DNA of 60,796 bases, filler included. It is 5 parts of 5 records of this genome, joined end to end, with 100 filler letters (N's around TTAATTAATTAA, not from the genome) between each part and the next. Parts side by side here need not be neighbours in the genome. Positions count along the whole stretch, not along the records: positions 1 to 11,544 come from SRR31156797_4894; 4 more parts are not named here. One strand, written 5' to 3'. Positions 1 through 9,430 of this stretch are shown piece after piece. A model generated the notes under the pieces. The model had not been told where the DNA came from and did not search any database. It saw only the letters and a program-made list of their open reading frames with translations. The first letter of the stretch is position 1; the number at the start of each line of letters is the position of its first letter. A program made the position numbers and the translations under genes.

Positions 1-3
1 CTT

Positions 4-75
4 TCTCTTAAGTCTCTTAGTTCTCCTAGTTTCTTAGTTCTCTGTCTTCTGTCTTCTCAATTCTGCCTTCTGTCC
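4..75. repeat. Degenerate short tandem repeats: ~4 x 9-mer TCTCTTAGT-like, then ~5 x 7-mer TCTGTCT-like
   Basis: Read directly: tctcttaag tctcttagt tctcctagt ttcttagt ... tctgtct tctgtct tctcaat tctgcct tctgtcc. Confidence 0.7.
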
Positions 76-104
76 CCATACCTTGAAAATAAATCTAAGT
101 TGGT

Positions 105-617
105 TCAGATTTGAGTTATCCAGTTTCCTTGTGCTCTGAGTACTTGCTCAATAACGTCACGCACACAGCCTTCTCCTCCTTTTTTATCCGATACGTATTT
201 GGCAATTTTCTTTATTTCTGAGTCTGCATTTGCCGGACAAGTCGGAACACCGACCATCTGCATAACTTTATAATCTGGCAAATCATCACCCATGTATAAA
301 ATCTCTTCCTTATTTAAACCACGTTTATTTACAAAATCTTCAAAGTCCTTAACTTTATTTGTGGAAGGTAAATAAATATCTTTCACACCTAATTTATTAA
401 ACCTCCACCTAACTGACTCATCTTCTCCACCTGTAATTAATGCTATGGGATAACCCTTGTCAGATGCGTGTTTAATGGCATAGCCATCTCTGATATTCAT
501 TTGTCTGGCCTGGACACCTTCAGGCAGGAGAAAAAGCGTTCCGTCTGTAAATACTCCGTCTACATCAAATACAAAAGCTTTTATATTACTTAATGTCTCT
601 TTAAAATTCTTTCCCAT
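105..617 (-). CDS. kdsC: KdsC/YrbI-family HAD phosphatase (KDO 8-phosphate phosphatase-like)
   Basis: FDVDGVFTDG HAD motif I, ITGG, YMGDDLPD, GGEGCVRDVIE. Confidence 0.85.
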   Translation of the reverse strand: MGKNFKETLSNIKAFVFDVDGVFTDGTLFLLPEGVQARQMNIRDGYAIKHASDKGYPIALITGGEDESVRWRFNKLGVKDIYLPSTNKVKDFEDFVNKRGLNKEEILYMGDDLPDYKVMQMVGVPTCPANADSEIKKIAKYVSDKKGGEGCVRDVIEQVLRAQGNWITQI

Positions 618-659
618 TTTTTAAGCTCTATAATTTTGTGCTTAAAGATAATAAAATGA

Positions 660-1436
660 TTAGGCTTTGTCCTTATCTGAGAACCTGTTTTTAATCCACT
701 TTGTTAGCAATTCATACATTTCTAAGTATTGATTACTTAAGGTTTTTTGATGTGTTTCAATGGTTTTTTTATCATTTCGTTTTGCTGGTCCTGTTTGAAC
801 TTTATCAGGATTGTTTTCAATTGCCTTTTTTGCAGTTTCTGCTATTAATGGATGAAGTAATTGAAAATCAATATCTTTTTCTTTAAGCAAGTCACTACCT
901 GTAGTATACATTAGGTTAGTGAAGTTGCAGACAAAAACTGCCGCCACATGTAATTGCAATCTTTGATTGCTGTCTATATAACTGACGTTATTTGATAATT
1001 TTCTGCTTAATTCTTCAATTGTAATTAATGTCCTTTCATTTGAAGCTTCAATGCATATCGGTATTTCTTTTAGATCAACGATTCTACCCTTTGAAAATGT
1101 TTGAAGAGGGTAGACTATACCACTATTTTTATGATTTTGACTTAATACTTCTAATGATATGCTACCTGCTGTATGCACAATTATTTGTTCTTTAGTTAAA
1201 TCTATTTCTTGAGAGATCGTTGATATTTCTGAATCATTTGTACAAACAATAATAATATGACTTGTTAAATCCTTGAAATTTTGCGAATAGTTTAAATTAT
1301 ACTTTTCAGCCAATAGCCTGGCACTTTTACCCGATTTTGATAAGATATAATCTACCTTGTAACCAGCATTTAATAAGGCTGGAACAATTGAATGAGCAAC
1401 ATTTCCTGCTCCTATGATGCTAATATTATTCTTCAT
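660..1436 (-). CDS. Rossmann-like + DUF2520 domain oxidoreductase
   Basis: IIGAGNVA dinucleotide fold, HTAGS, YPLQTFSK, LHVAAVFVCNF, QTGPAKRND; start placed at the second Met (MKNNI). Confidence 0.85.
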   Translation of the reverse strand: MKNNISIIGAGNVAHSIVPALLNAGYKVDYILSKSGKSARLLAEKYNLNYSQNFKDLTSHIIIVCTNDSEISTISQEIDLTKEQIIVHTAGSISLEVLSQNHKNSGIVYPLQTFSKGRIVDLKEIPICIEASNERTLITIEELSRKLSNNVSYIDSNQRLQLHVAAVFVCNFTNLMYTTGSDLLKEKDIDFQLLHPLIAETAKKAIENNPDKVQTGPAKRNDKKTIETHQKTLSNQYLEMYELLTKWIKNRFSDKDKA

Positions 1437-2109
1437 AACGGATGATTTCACCGAAAATTGAACTTTTTGAAATAACGTTCACCTTTTTGAGTAGCTTAAC
1501 TGTACCACCTAAAGTGGATTTAATATCGGCTTCCATAGTAGGAGTGGCAGCTATGAAACCACCGGTTCTACATTTTATTTTAGCATATTTCAAATCTAAA
1601 CTATCTGTTCTGGCTTTTCCTCCTGAATGCACTAAAGCTTCTAGTTTATTAGCTCTTCCTTCAAGTTGAATAAAGGCTCCGGATTTTACTTTAATGGTTG
1701 TTTGATTATTGTCAACTTTTGCACGAATATCTGCACCTGTAGTTGCTACAAGTGAAACATCATCAATAAACATCTCTTGATTTATTATAGTTACAGCACC
1801 TCTGTGCAAAGTGAGCTCATTAAATGAGGGCATATAAGCATTTACTTTCACTATGCCTCCTTCTATATCCAGAGGCTCAACTCGTATTAGTAATTTATTA
1901 TCTTCATATTTTGTATAAACGTCTTCTAACTTAACTTTATCTGTTTCAATAACTATATCAACCTGGTCAGATTGATGAAATGTAATGGTCATTTTACCAT
2001 CTACAACAATCTTTTTAGGAGAATCAAAATTTCTGGTTTCTTGGAACTTTTGAGAATAAACCATTTGTGATATAAAGAGTCCAAAACAAATAAGAATTAA
2101 ATTTTTCAT
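1426..2109 (-). CDS. DUF2807 / head GIN-domain exported protein
   Basis: Signal peptide followed by beta-repeats with xxSG/TGA/TGG turns. Confidence 0.7.
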   Translation of the reverse strand: MKNLILICFGLFISQMVYSQKFQETRNFDSPKKIVVDGKMTITFHQSDQVDIVIETDKVKLEDVYTKYEDNKLLIRVEPLDIEGGIVKVNAYMPSFNELTLHRGAVTIINQEMFIDDVSLVATTGADIRAKVDNNQTTIKVKSGAFIQLEGRANKLEALVHSGGKARTDSLDLKYAKIKCRTGGFIAATPTMEADIKSTLGGTVKLLKKVNVISKSSIFGEIIRYEE

Positions 2110-2332
2110 TTTTGAATAATTTACGTTTTACTAGTACAAAAATAATAATCGATTATTGTTTAAAGTTTTTTATGAAGAATTTTATAAACATGTAATAAAA
2201 ACGAACGTTTATGACATTAAATTAAGTATAAGTTGTAGGCTTCATAAAATTAACTAATTTTGGCGAACTCAACTACCTGTTATTAATTGATTTGTATAGT
2301 TTTTGTACAAATCCTGGAAAGTAAAAAGGAAA

Positions 2333-3406
2333 ATGAAAAGAATTACCATTTTGTTACTCAGTACTTTATTAATTTTTGTGGCTTGCACTGATGAATTTGA
2401 TTTATTTGAAACCGAAATAGATTTAACAAAAGGCTGGGAAGAAACAGTTGCTGTTTATGCGAATTTGAACTTGGGTGGAGGCAAAAATTATATTCGTGTT
2501 AATCGAGGATTTTCCAGTGATAACTTTTTTATATCTAATACTAATCCTGACAGTATATATTTTGATCCATCGCAAGTAGAGGTTAAGTTGTATAAAATTA
2601 GAGTAAATGATTTTTTTAATGGAGAAATTGCTGATGCTGATACATTAGGAGTGTATGTTTGTCGAGATACACTGATTAATAAGGATACTAGTGGAATATT
2701 TTCTTCTGAAAAAGTTCAATTGTTTTATACAGAAACTAATGCTTTCTTCGTAAATAACGCAGATGATCTCTATGTTGGATTAGAAGTTGTGACACCAAGA
2801 AGAGTCGTTACCGCTTACACGCAAATGATTGAAAAAACTGAATTTATCTATCCAAATCGAAATTTACCTCAATACCCAATTGAAAATTTTACGTTTGATG
2901 CCCGACTTAATCAACCTATAAACAGCCAGGTTTATGAGGTAGAAGGTTACTGCTCTTACAAAGAAATAACTAAGATTGATGGAGCATACGATACTGTAAT
3001 AAAAACTTTTTCATTTTTAATGGGAAGCCATAGAGAAAGCGCTCCTGTAAGTGGATACGGAGAAACTCATTTATGGAGAGAAAGTACTGAATTATTTTAT
3101 GGTGGACTGGAAAAAGATGTGCTACAAAATGGAGATTTAGTTAATACAGTTGCAAGAACACTGGATGGTATTTACTTTGTGGCATATTCCGGAAATGCTG
3201 ATTTAGCTTTAATGACAACGAGTAATAATATAACGACTGGTTTTAATACAGACCCTCAAAGCTTTACGAACATTCAAAATGGTTTAGGTTATTTTTCTGC
3301 TTATACAAGAATTAAAACAAAGATATTTCCATATTCACAACCCACAATTGACTCTGTAATAGATGCTTATGGGGATGAATACTATTTCCAATACGATTTT
3401 AATTAA
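2333..3406 (+). CDS. DUF4249-like lipoprotein, paralog 1 of 6
   Basis: Lipobox IFVAC-TDEFD; VYAN...IRVNRGF; C-terminal TNIQNGLGYFSA; ATG 2333 preferred over TTG 2303. Confidence 0.75.
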   Translation: MKRITILLLSTLLIFVACTDEFDLFETEIDLTKGWEETVAVYANLNLGGGKNYIRVNRGFSSDNFFISNTNPDSIYFDPSQVEVKLYKIRVNDFFNGEIADADTLGVYVCRDTLINKDTSGIFSSEKVQLFYTETNAFFVNNADDLYVGLEVVTPRRVVTAYTQMIEKTEFIYPNRNLPQYPIENFTFDARLNQPINSQVYEVEGYCSYKEITKIDGAYDTVIKTFSFLMGSHRESAPVSGYGETHLWRESTELFYGGLEKDVLQNGDLVNTVARTLDGIYFVAYSGNADLALMTTSNNITTGFNTDPQSFTNIQNGLGYFSAYTRIKTKIFPYSQPTIDSVIDAYGDEYYFQYDFN

Positions 3407-3411
3407 ATAGT

Positions 3412-3463
3412 TTTGGCCTTTGTTAGTGTTTTTATTATCTTCGGATAAATGAAAATGCTATGA
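3412..3463 (+). promoter_or_regulatory. Bacteroidota primary-sigma promoter plus leader, copy 1
   Basis: TTTG(3412)-N20-TATCTTCG(3436); 3439-3463 identical to 4585-4609. Confidence 0.65.
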
Positions 3464-4548
3464 ATTTTTTTCCAATGTCTATTTTTAGAATTATTCTATT
3501 TATATTCTTACTATTTACAACCATTACTAGTTGCAAAGATGAATTCAGTTTATTTGAGACCGAAATAGAATTATTAAGCGATTGGGATGAGGCTGTTGCT
3601 ATTTATGCTAATATTAACCTAACCGGTGGTAAAAACTATATTCGTGTAAACAGAGGATTTTTAGTTGATAACTTTTTTGTAGCTAATACCAACATGGATA
3701 GCATTTATTTCGACGCATCTCAAGTTGAAGTAAATCTATATAAATTGAGAGTATATGATTTGGATATTAATGGAATTATAGGTGCAGATACTTTAAGAAT
3801 GTATAGATGCCGTGATACATTGATTGACAAGGATTCTACCGGAAGCTTTTCTGCAGAAAAGGTCCAATTATTTTATACAGAAACAAGGGGTTTTAAAGTA
3901 AATAATGCGGAAGATCTTTATGTAGGTATTGAAGTTGTTACTCCTAATAATGTGGTTAAATCCCATACAAAGATTGTTGAAACCTCAAGGTTTATAAAAC
4001 CAAATCAATTTGGGCCACCATTTGAGTTTGAAAATACAACTTTTGATTTGCAAATATACCAGCCTAAATATAGTCAATTATATAAATCAACTGCAACTTG
4101 CTCATATAAGGAGATTATTAGAATTGATGGGCAAATCGATACTATCATAAAATCATTTACTTTTTTCGTTGGTGTCCATAGAGAATCTAGTATGATTGTA
4201 GATGATGAAGAATCTCATCTATGGAGAGATTCAACAAGTCTTTTTCATGTTAGTTTAGAGGAAGATATATTGGAAAATGGGGATACTGTCAATACTATTA
4301 AGCGACTATTAAATGACGTTTACTTTTCAGGATATGCAGGAAATGCGGATTTAGCATTGGTAACTTCTATTTCACCGTCTGGAACAGGATTTAATATTGA
4401 ACCAACAAATTATTCAAACGTGCAAAATGGATATGGGTATTGTTCCGCATATGCCAGGTTTAATTCAATAAGATTTGAATACTCATATGGAACAAAAGCA
4501 ACTGTGAAGGAATTATTTGGGGATAAGTATTTTTTTGGTATTGATTAA
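3460..4548 (+). CDS. DUF4249-like lipoprotein, paralog 2
   Basis: TITSC-KDEFS lipobox; IRVNRGF; SNVQNGYGYCSA. Confidence 0.75.
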   Translation: MNFFPMSIFRIILFIFLLFTTITSCKDEFSLFETEIELLSDWDEAVAIYANINLTGGKNYIRVNRGFLVDNFFVANTNMDSIYFDASQVEVNLYKLRVYDLDINGIIGADTLRMYRCRDTLIDKDSTGSFSAEKVQLFYTETRGFKVNNAEDLYVGIEVVTPNNVVKSHTKIVETSRFIKPNQFGPPFEFENTTFDLQIYQPKYSQLYKSTATCSYKEIIRIDGQIDTIIKSFTFFVGVHRESSMIVDDEESHLWRDSTSLFHVSLEEDILENGDTVNTIKRLLNDVYFSGYAGNADLALVTSISPSGTGFNIEPTNYSNVQNGYGYCSAYARFNSIRFEYSYGTKATVKELFGDKYFFGID

Positions 4549-4557
4549 CCTGGTTGT

Positions 4558-4609
4558 TTTGGGCTTTAATAAATTTTTTACTAACTTCGGATAAATGAAA
4601 ATGCTATGA
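4558..4609 (+). promoter_or_regulatory. Bacteroidota primary-sigma promoter plus leader, copy 2
   Basis: TTTG(4558)-N20-TAACTTCG(4582), then the same GATAAATGAAAATGCTATGA. Confidence 0.65.
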
Positions 4610-5661
4610 GTTTTGTCCTAAAATCTCTTATTTTAAGACTACTTGTTTTTGCTATACCTGTACTTTTAATGTATAAGGGTTGCAGTGACGAATTCAGTTT
4701 AGCTGAAAGAGAAATTGAACTAATAGGTGAGAATAAAGAAATTGCTCTTGTATATGCTAATATATGCCCTCAAAATGATATTCATCTTATTAGAATAAAT
4801 CGAGGCTTTACTGTGAATAATTTCTTTGATGCTAATACAAATCCTGATAGTATTTATTTTAATCCCAGTGATTTAACTGTATATGCTTATAAAATAAGAG
4901 GAGAAGATACCCTTAAAAGATTTGTTTGTAGAGATACCATAATTGAAAAAGATAGTTCAGGGAATTTCACAACAGATTATGTTAATCTTTATTATTTTAA
5001 AAGTAGTTCTCTCTCTAATATAAGTAATGATAATGAATTTATAGGAATTGAAGTTTTATATGATAATAAGTGCCTTACAAGTAAAACACTGCTTATAAAA
5101 AAACCGTTTTTTTCAAATATTTATTCAAGTAATTACCATTATAGTTTTTATTCAAGCGCTACACCTATCATTTTTGTTTATCGTAAAAATACACATGCTA
5201 TAGAATTATCGGCGAATTGCAATTTTTATGAAAAGAGGAACTACGGAAATCGGATTGATACAGTTATGATTGAATTTAAAATTCTTATAGGCAATGCAAC
5301 TTTTCAAACTCCATCTTCTACTGATAAATATCAAGATTATTCCTTTACTAATGATAGTTTTTTTAGAAACCTTGAACGAAGTATTCTTGAGCAGGGTGAT
5401 ACCATCCATACTACTAAGAGATGGATTGGTAAAATTCAATATGTAATAAGCGCAGGGAATACCGATTTGGTAATGTTTAATAGATTAACTGATGGCTTTA
5501 ATATTGGATTTCATGATGAGCTTGCAAGTTATTCAAATATTAGTAATGGATTAGGTTTTTTAATATCACATAGTGAATGCAAGTCAAATACTCTAACATT
5601 TAGAGCTGCTGCTAAAGATACAATTACCAATAGATTTGGGACTAAATATTATTTTGAATAA
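4606..5661 (+). CDS. DUF4249-like lipoprotein, paralog 3
   Basis: KGC-SDEFS; VYANICPQ..IRINRGF; SNISNGLGF. Confidence 0.75.
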   Translation: MSFVLKSLILRLLVFAIPVLLMYKGCSDEFSLAEREIELIGENKEIALVYANICPQNDIHLIRINRGFTVNNFFDANTNPDSIYFNPSDLTVYAYKIRGEDTLKRFVCRDTIIEKDSSGNFTTDYVNLYYFKSSSLSNISNDNEFIGIEVLYDNKCLTSKTLLIKKPFFSNIYSSNYHYSFYSSATPIIFVYRKNTHAIELSANCNFYEKRNYGNRIDTVMIEFKILIGNATFQTPSSTDKYQDYSFTNDSFFRNLERSILEQGDTIHTTKRWIGKIQYVISAGNTDLVMFNRLTDGFNIGFHDELASYSNISNGLGFLISHSECKSNTLTFRAAAKDTITNRFGTKYYFE

Positions 5662-6722
5662 TGAATAGTATGTGGAAACAATATAAAAAAACGAGTAAAA
5701 AAAGTTTTATAAACGGTTTATTATTGATCCTATTATTGTTTAGCATAGGTTGCAGCGATGAGTTTAATTTGTTTGAAGATGAGCTAAAACTTACAGGAAA
5801 TTATGACGAAGTAATAGCCGTGTATGCCAATATTTGCCCTCAAAATGATATAAACTTTCTAAGGATAAATCGTGGATTTGCAGTTGATAATTTTTATTCT
5901 GCCTATACAAACCAAGACAGTATTTATTTTAATCCTGAAGATATTCAAGTCTTTGCACATAAAATTAAGGGAGAGGATACTTTAATTACATATTCTTGCA
6001 AGGATACACTTATTACAAAAGATACAACCGGAGATTTTTCTACACAAAATGTACTATTATATTATTTTGAAAACAATAATTTACTCAATAATGATGACCA
6101 GGATATTGACTTTGGATTCACGATTAAAACACAATCCTCGACAGTGACCTCCAAAACCAATCTTCTTAAATCCTCATCCTTTTACTATATTCATTATTTT
6201 GATTTTGTTGCCCCAATTTACCGTTTTAGTTACTACACATATAAGGGTTATCAAATAGTGGAATTAGTTGGGGTATGTTCATTTTTTGAAAGGAGGTTTG
6301 TTGATAATCAGTTTGATACAGTTAAGGTTATCTATGAGTTCCCGATTGGTAGAAGATTTTTTAACGACCCGTTAACAGTTGATGGAAATGAAATAGAATT
6401 TGTATTGCCTAAAGGTATATTTTATGCATATTTAGAAAAAGCAATTAATAACAAAGGAGATACAATTCATACCACTAAAAGATGGATGGATAGAATATAT
6501 ATTCAGAGTCGAAATGGAAATGCAGATTATGCTGTATGGGAATCATTTACTAATGGAACTACCTTTGGATTTAATGATGAAATGGCAACATATTCTAACA
6601 TCGAAAATGGCATTGGCTATTTGACCTCATATAGTATGAGCGAATCTAATAAAATGAAGTTTACTACGAGAACACTAGATTCCATATCAAATCGTATGAG
6701 AGAATACAATTTTGAAAGATAA
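5661..6722 (+). CDS. DUF4249-like lipoprotein, paralog 4
   Basis: FSIGC-SDEFN; SNIENGIGY; TAATG stop/start overlap with paralog 3. Confidence 0.75.
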   Translation: MNSMWKQYKKTSKKSFINGLLLILLLFSIGCSDEFNLFEDELKLTGNYDEVIAVYANICPQNDINFLRINRGFAVDNFYSAYTNQDSIYFNPEDIQVFAHKIKGEDTLITYSCKDTLITKDTTGDFSTQNVLLYYFENNNLLNNDDQDIDFGFTIKTQSSTVTSKTNLLKSSSFYYIHYFDFVAPIYRFSYYTYKGYQIVELVGVCSFFERRFVDNQFDTVKVIYEFPIGRRFFNDPLTVDGNEIEFVLPKGIFYAYLEKAINNKGDTIHTTKRWMDRIYIQSRNGNADYAVWESFTNGTTFGFNDEMATYSNIENGIGYLTSYSMSESNKMKFTTRTLDSISNRMREYNFER

Positions 6723-6751
6723 AAATATAGACCAAATGAAAATTATACGCT

Positions 6752-7819
6752 ATGAGAAAAAATTTACTACTACTGTTGCTAATGAGTTTAATGTTTAGTT
6801 TAAACAATTGCTCTGATGAGTTTAACCCCTTTAATAATGAAATTGATTTGCTTTCAAAGTACACTGAGATTGCCATAGTAAACTCTAATATATGTGTGCA
6901 TGATACAATACATTATATAAGAGTGCAAAGAGGTTTTAGTGCTGAAGATTTTACAGAATATGCTCATAACTTTGATAGTTTATACTATGATCCTAACGAT
7001 ATAGAGGTCAATTTTTATATTCTAAAAGTACATCTAATTGAAGATGATGAAATTATTGAAGCAGATACATTAAAAAAGATTGTATGCAGAGATACAATGA
7101 TTTCTGTTGATAATCAGGGTGAGATAGGTGGAGATAATGTTATGCTTTATTATTTTAAATCCACCGGGTTGGCTAATTTTGGGTTTAATGAAACTTTTTT
7201 CGGATTAGAAGTAATAAATGGAGATAAAAAATATTATGCTCATACTAAGATTATTGATGCTGTTAAGTTTGCGCTTTCTGGCAATGCTAATACTTTTCCG
7301 ATAGAATATAATAACTTTGATTTATCAATGGTGCTTCCAAAATATACAGCTCGCTATATTGTAAATATGAATTGTAGATATTATGAAATAAAACTATTTG
7401 AGGATGACCTGGATACTGTCATACATACAGTTGATATTCTTATTGCGGATAAAACCAGAAAGTATCCATTAACCTCTAGCGATTCGGCAAAATTTACGCA
7501 TACAACTGAGTTCTTCTATAATAATATGGAAAAACATATTCTACAGAATGGTGATTTTGAGCATACATATTTTAGAAGGCTCAAGGATGTTTATTTTTCT
7601 TCCATTATCTGTAATTATGATTTGTTGATAGCTAATAATGAAATACAATTGGATTTGACAGGCTTTGATAATTCACCTATGTATTTTTCAAATATTAAGA
7701 ATGGGCTAGGCTATTTTTCTGCTTATGGGACAAGTAAAACTCGTATTTATTATTATACTTCAAGAACTATTGACCAGTTTATTGATTCTGTGGGATATAA
7801 ATATGATTTTTGGAAGTGA
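6752..7819 (+). CDS. DUF4249-like lipoprotein, paralog 5
   Basis: LNNC-SDEFN; IRVQRGF; SNIKNGLGYFSA. Confidence 0.75.
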   Translation: MRKNLLLLLLMSLMFSLNNCSDEFNPFNNEIDLLSKYTEIAIVNSNICVHDTIHYIRVQRGFSAEDFTEYAHNFDSLYYDPNDIEVNFYILKVHLIEDDEIIEADTLKKIVCRDTMISVDNQGEIGGDNVMLYYFKSTGLANFGFNETFFGLEVINGDKKYYAHTKIIDAVKFALSGNANTFPIEYNNFDLSMVLPKYTARYIVNMNCRYYEIKLFEDDLDTVIHTVDILIADKTRKYPLTSSDSAKFTHTTEFFYNNMEKHILQNGDFEHTYFRRLKDVYFSSIICNYDLLIANNEIQLDLTGFDNSPMYFSNIKNGLGYFSAYGTSKTRIYYYTSRTIDQFIDSVGYKYDFWK

Positions 7820-7832
7820 AAAAATAGAATAG

Positions 7833-8876
7833 ATGAGGTTACCAGTTTTCATTGTAGCAATCAGTGTTTTTCTATCGGTGAGTAGTTGCACAGATGAGTT
7901 TAACATGTTTAGAGATGAAATTGAATTAATTGCCACAAATGAAGAAGCTGTGGTGGTTTATGCTAATATTTGTCCCCAGGAGAGGATAAATTTTATAAGA
8001 ATTAACAGAGGGTTCACAGTAGAAAACTTCTATTTAGCAAATACAAATCCGGATAGTATTTATTTTAATTCAGATAAAATAAGTGTAAATGCCTACAAAA
8101 TCAGGGGTGATGATACACTTTTAAGATATAAATGTAGAGACACACTTATTTTAAAAGATCTAAATGGTAGTTTTAATGCAGAATATGTTAAACTTCATTA
8201 TTTTAAGAGCAATGCCTTATATCATGAAGGGGAACAAAATATAGATTTCGGATGCGAAATAAAATATAAAGACAAAGTAGTGCATGGTAGAACAAGTTTT
8301 TTGGATTTTCCTGAGCTTATAAGCTTTAATGAAAATATCCATACTATTGCTATTCCCGGAAGCGGCATTGATATGTCATTTTATTGTCCTATTAATTCAC
8401 AAATATTTGAAGCTTACGGTAAATGCTCATTTTATGAGAAAAGAAATATAGGAAATGAATATGATACTTTAAAAATTGAGTTTAAACTACCTTTTGGTAG
8501 AATTCAATTTCCTAGTCCGGTTTCTATGTATAATACCATTGTTAGATTTCATTTAGCGAAAGTTAGTTTCTTTAAGTATTTGGAGGATTGTATTCTAAGT
8601 TCTGGAGATACTGTTAATACTGTGGAAAGATGGATTGGTACGATTCAGTTTACCGCCAATGCTGGAAATAGCGATATGGCATTATTTTCAAGTCTTACAA
8701 ATTCATTCAATATTGGTTTTCACAATAATTTGTCGACCTATTCGAATATAGAAAATGGATTAGGGTTTGTATTTGCACGCAGTGAGGCGAGATCAAATAA
8801 CCTAACTTTTGTTAATTCTGCGCAAGATACAATTGTCGCATGGATGGGTTCGGAGTACCTATTTGTTAAACATTAA
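7833..8876 (+). CDS. DUF4249-like lipoprotein, paralog 6
   Basis: SVSSC-TDEFN; IRINRGF; SNIENGLGF. Confidence 0.75.
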   Translation: MRLPVFIVAISVFLSVSSCTDEFNMFRDEIELIATNEEAVVVYANICPQERINFIRINRGFTVENFYLANTNPDSIYFNSDKISVNAYKIRGDDTLLRYKCRDTLILKDLNGSFNAEYVKLHYFKSNALYHEGEQNIDFGCEIKYKDKVVHGRTSFLDFPELISFNENIHTIAIPGSGIDMSFYCPINSQIFEAYGKCSFYEKRNIGNEYDTLKIEFKLPFGRIQFPSPVSMYNTIVRFHLAKVSFFKYLEDCILSSGDTVNTVERWIGTIQFTANAGNSDMALFSSLTNSFNIGFHNNLSTYSNIENGLGFVFARSEARSNNLTFVNSAQDTIVAWMGSEYLFVKH

Positions 8877-9044
8877 CTATTGTTATTTCTTGATATGGGG
8901 TAGCATAATCATGAATTTTTGATTTTACCGAATATGACACTTGTTAATAAAAGAATAATAATTCAATTTTTTTCTTTTTTTATATAATAAAGATTAAATT
9001 TGAACAACTTTGCTTTTAGAATGTCTTAAAGAAAAAATATATAC

Positions 9045-9419
9045 ATGAATCCCTTAATTATTGAACCTACAGACGAATCTCCGGAAGTAATATTAGACAA
9101 AGAAAATGGTCGATTTGAATTTGGCGGAAAGTCTATGCCGGAGGACGTAAAAGAGTTTTATGCTCCAATACACTTATGGTTAGAAGAGTATGCTAAAAAT
9201 CCAAACTCTGAGACTCATGTGAAGTTTAAATTTGATTATTTTAATTCAGCTTCAGCCAAGCAAATATTGGATGTACTTGCATTTTTTGAAAAAATAACTG
9301 AAAATGGAGGAACAGTAAATGTAGATTGGTATTATATGGAAGATGATGAAGATATGGAAGAAGCTGGAGATTCTTACGGTACATTAGTAGATATTCCAAT
9401 TAATTTAATTGCTTATTAG
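9045..9419 (+). CDS. SiaC-family (DUF1987) regulatory protein
   Basis: SPEV, GKSMPED..FY, DYFNSASAK, WYYMEDDEDMEEAG. Confidence 0.85.
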   Translation: MNPLIIEPTDESPEVILDKENGRFEFGGKSMPEDVKEFYAPIHLWLEEYAKNPNSETHVKFKFDYFNSASAKQILDVLAFFEKITENGGTVNVDWYYMEDDEDMEEAGDSYGTLVDIPINLIAY

Positions 9420-9430
9420 TAAAGGACATA

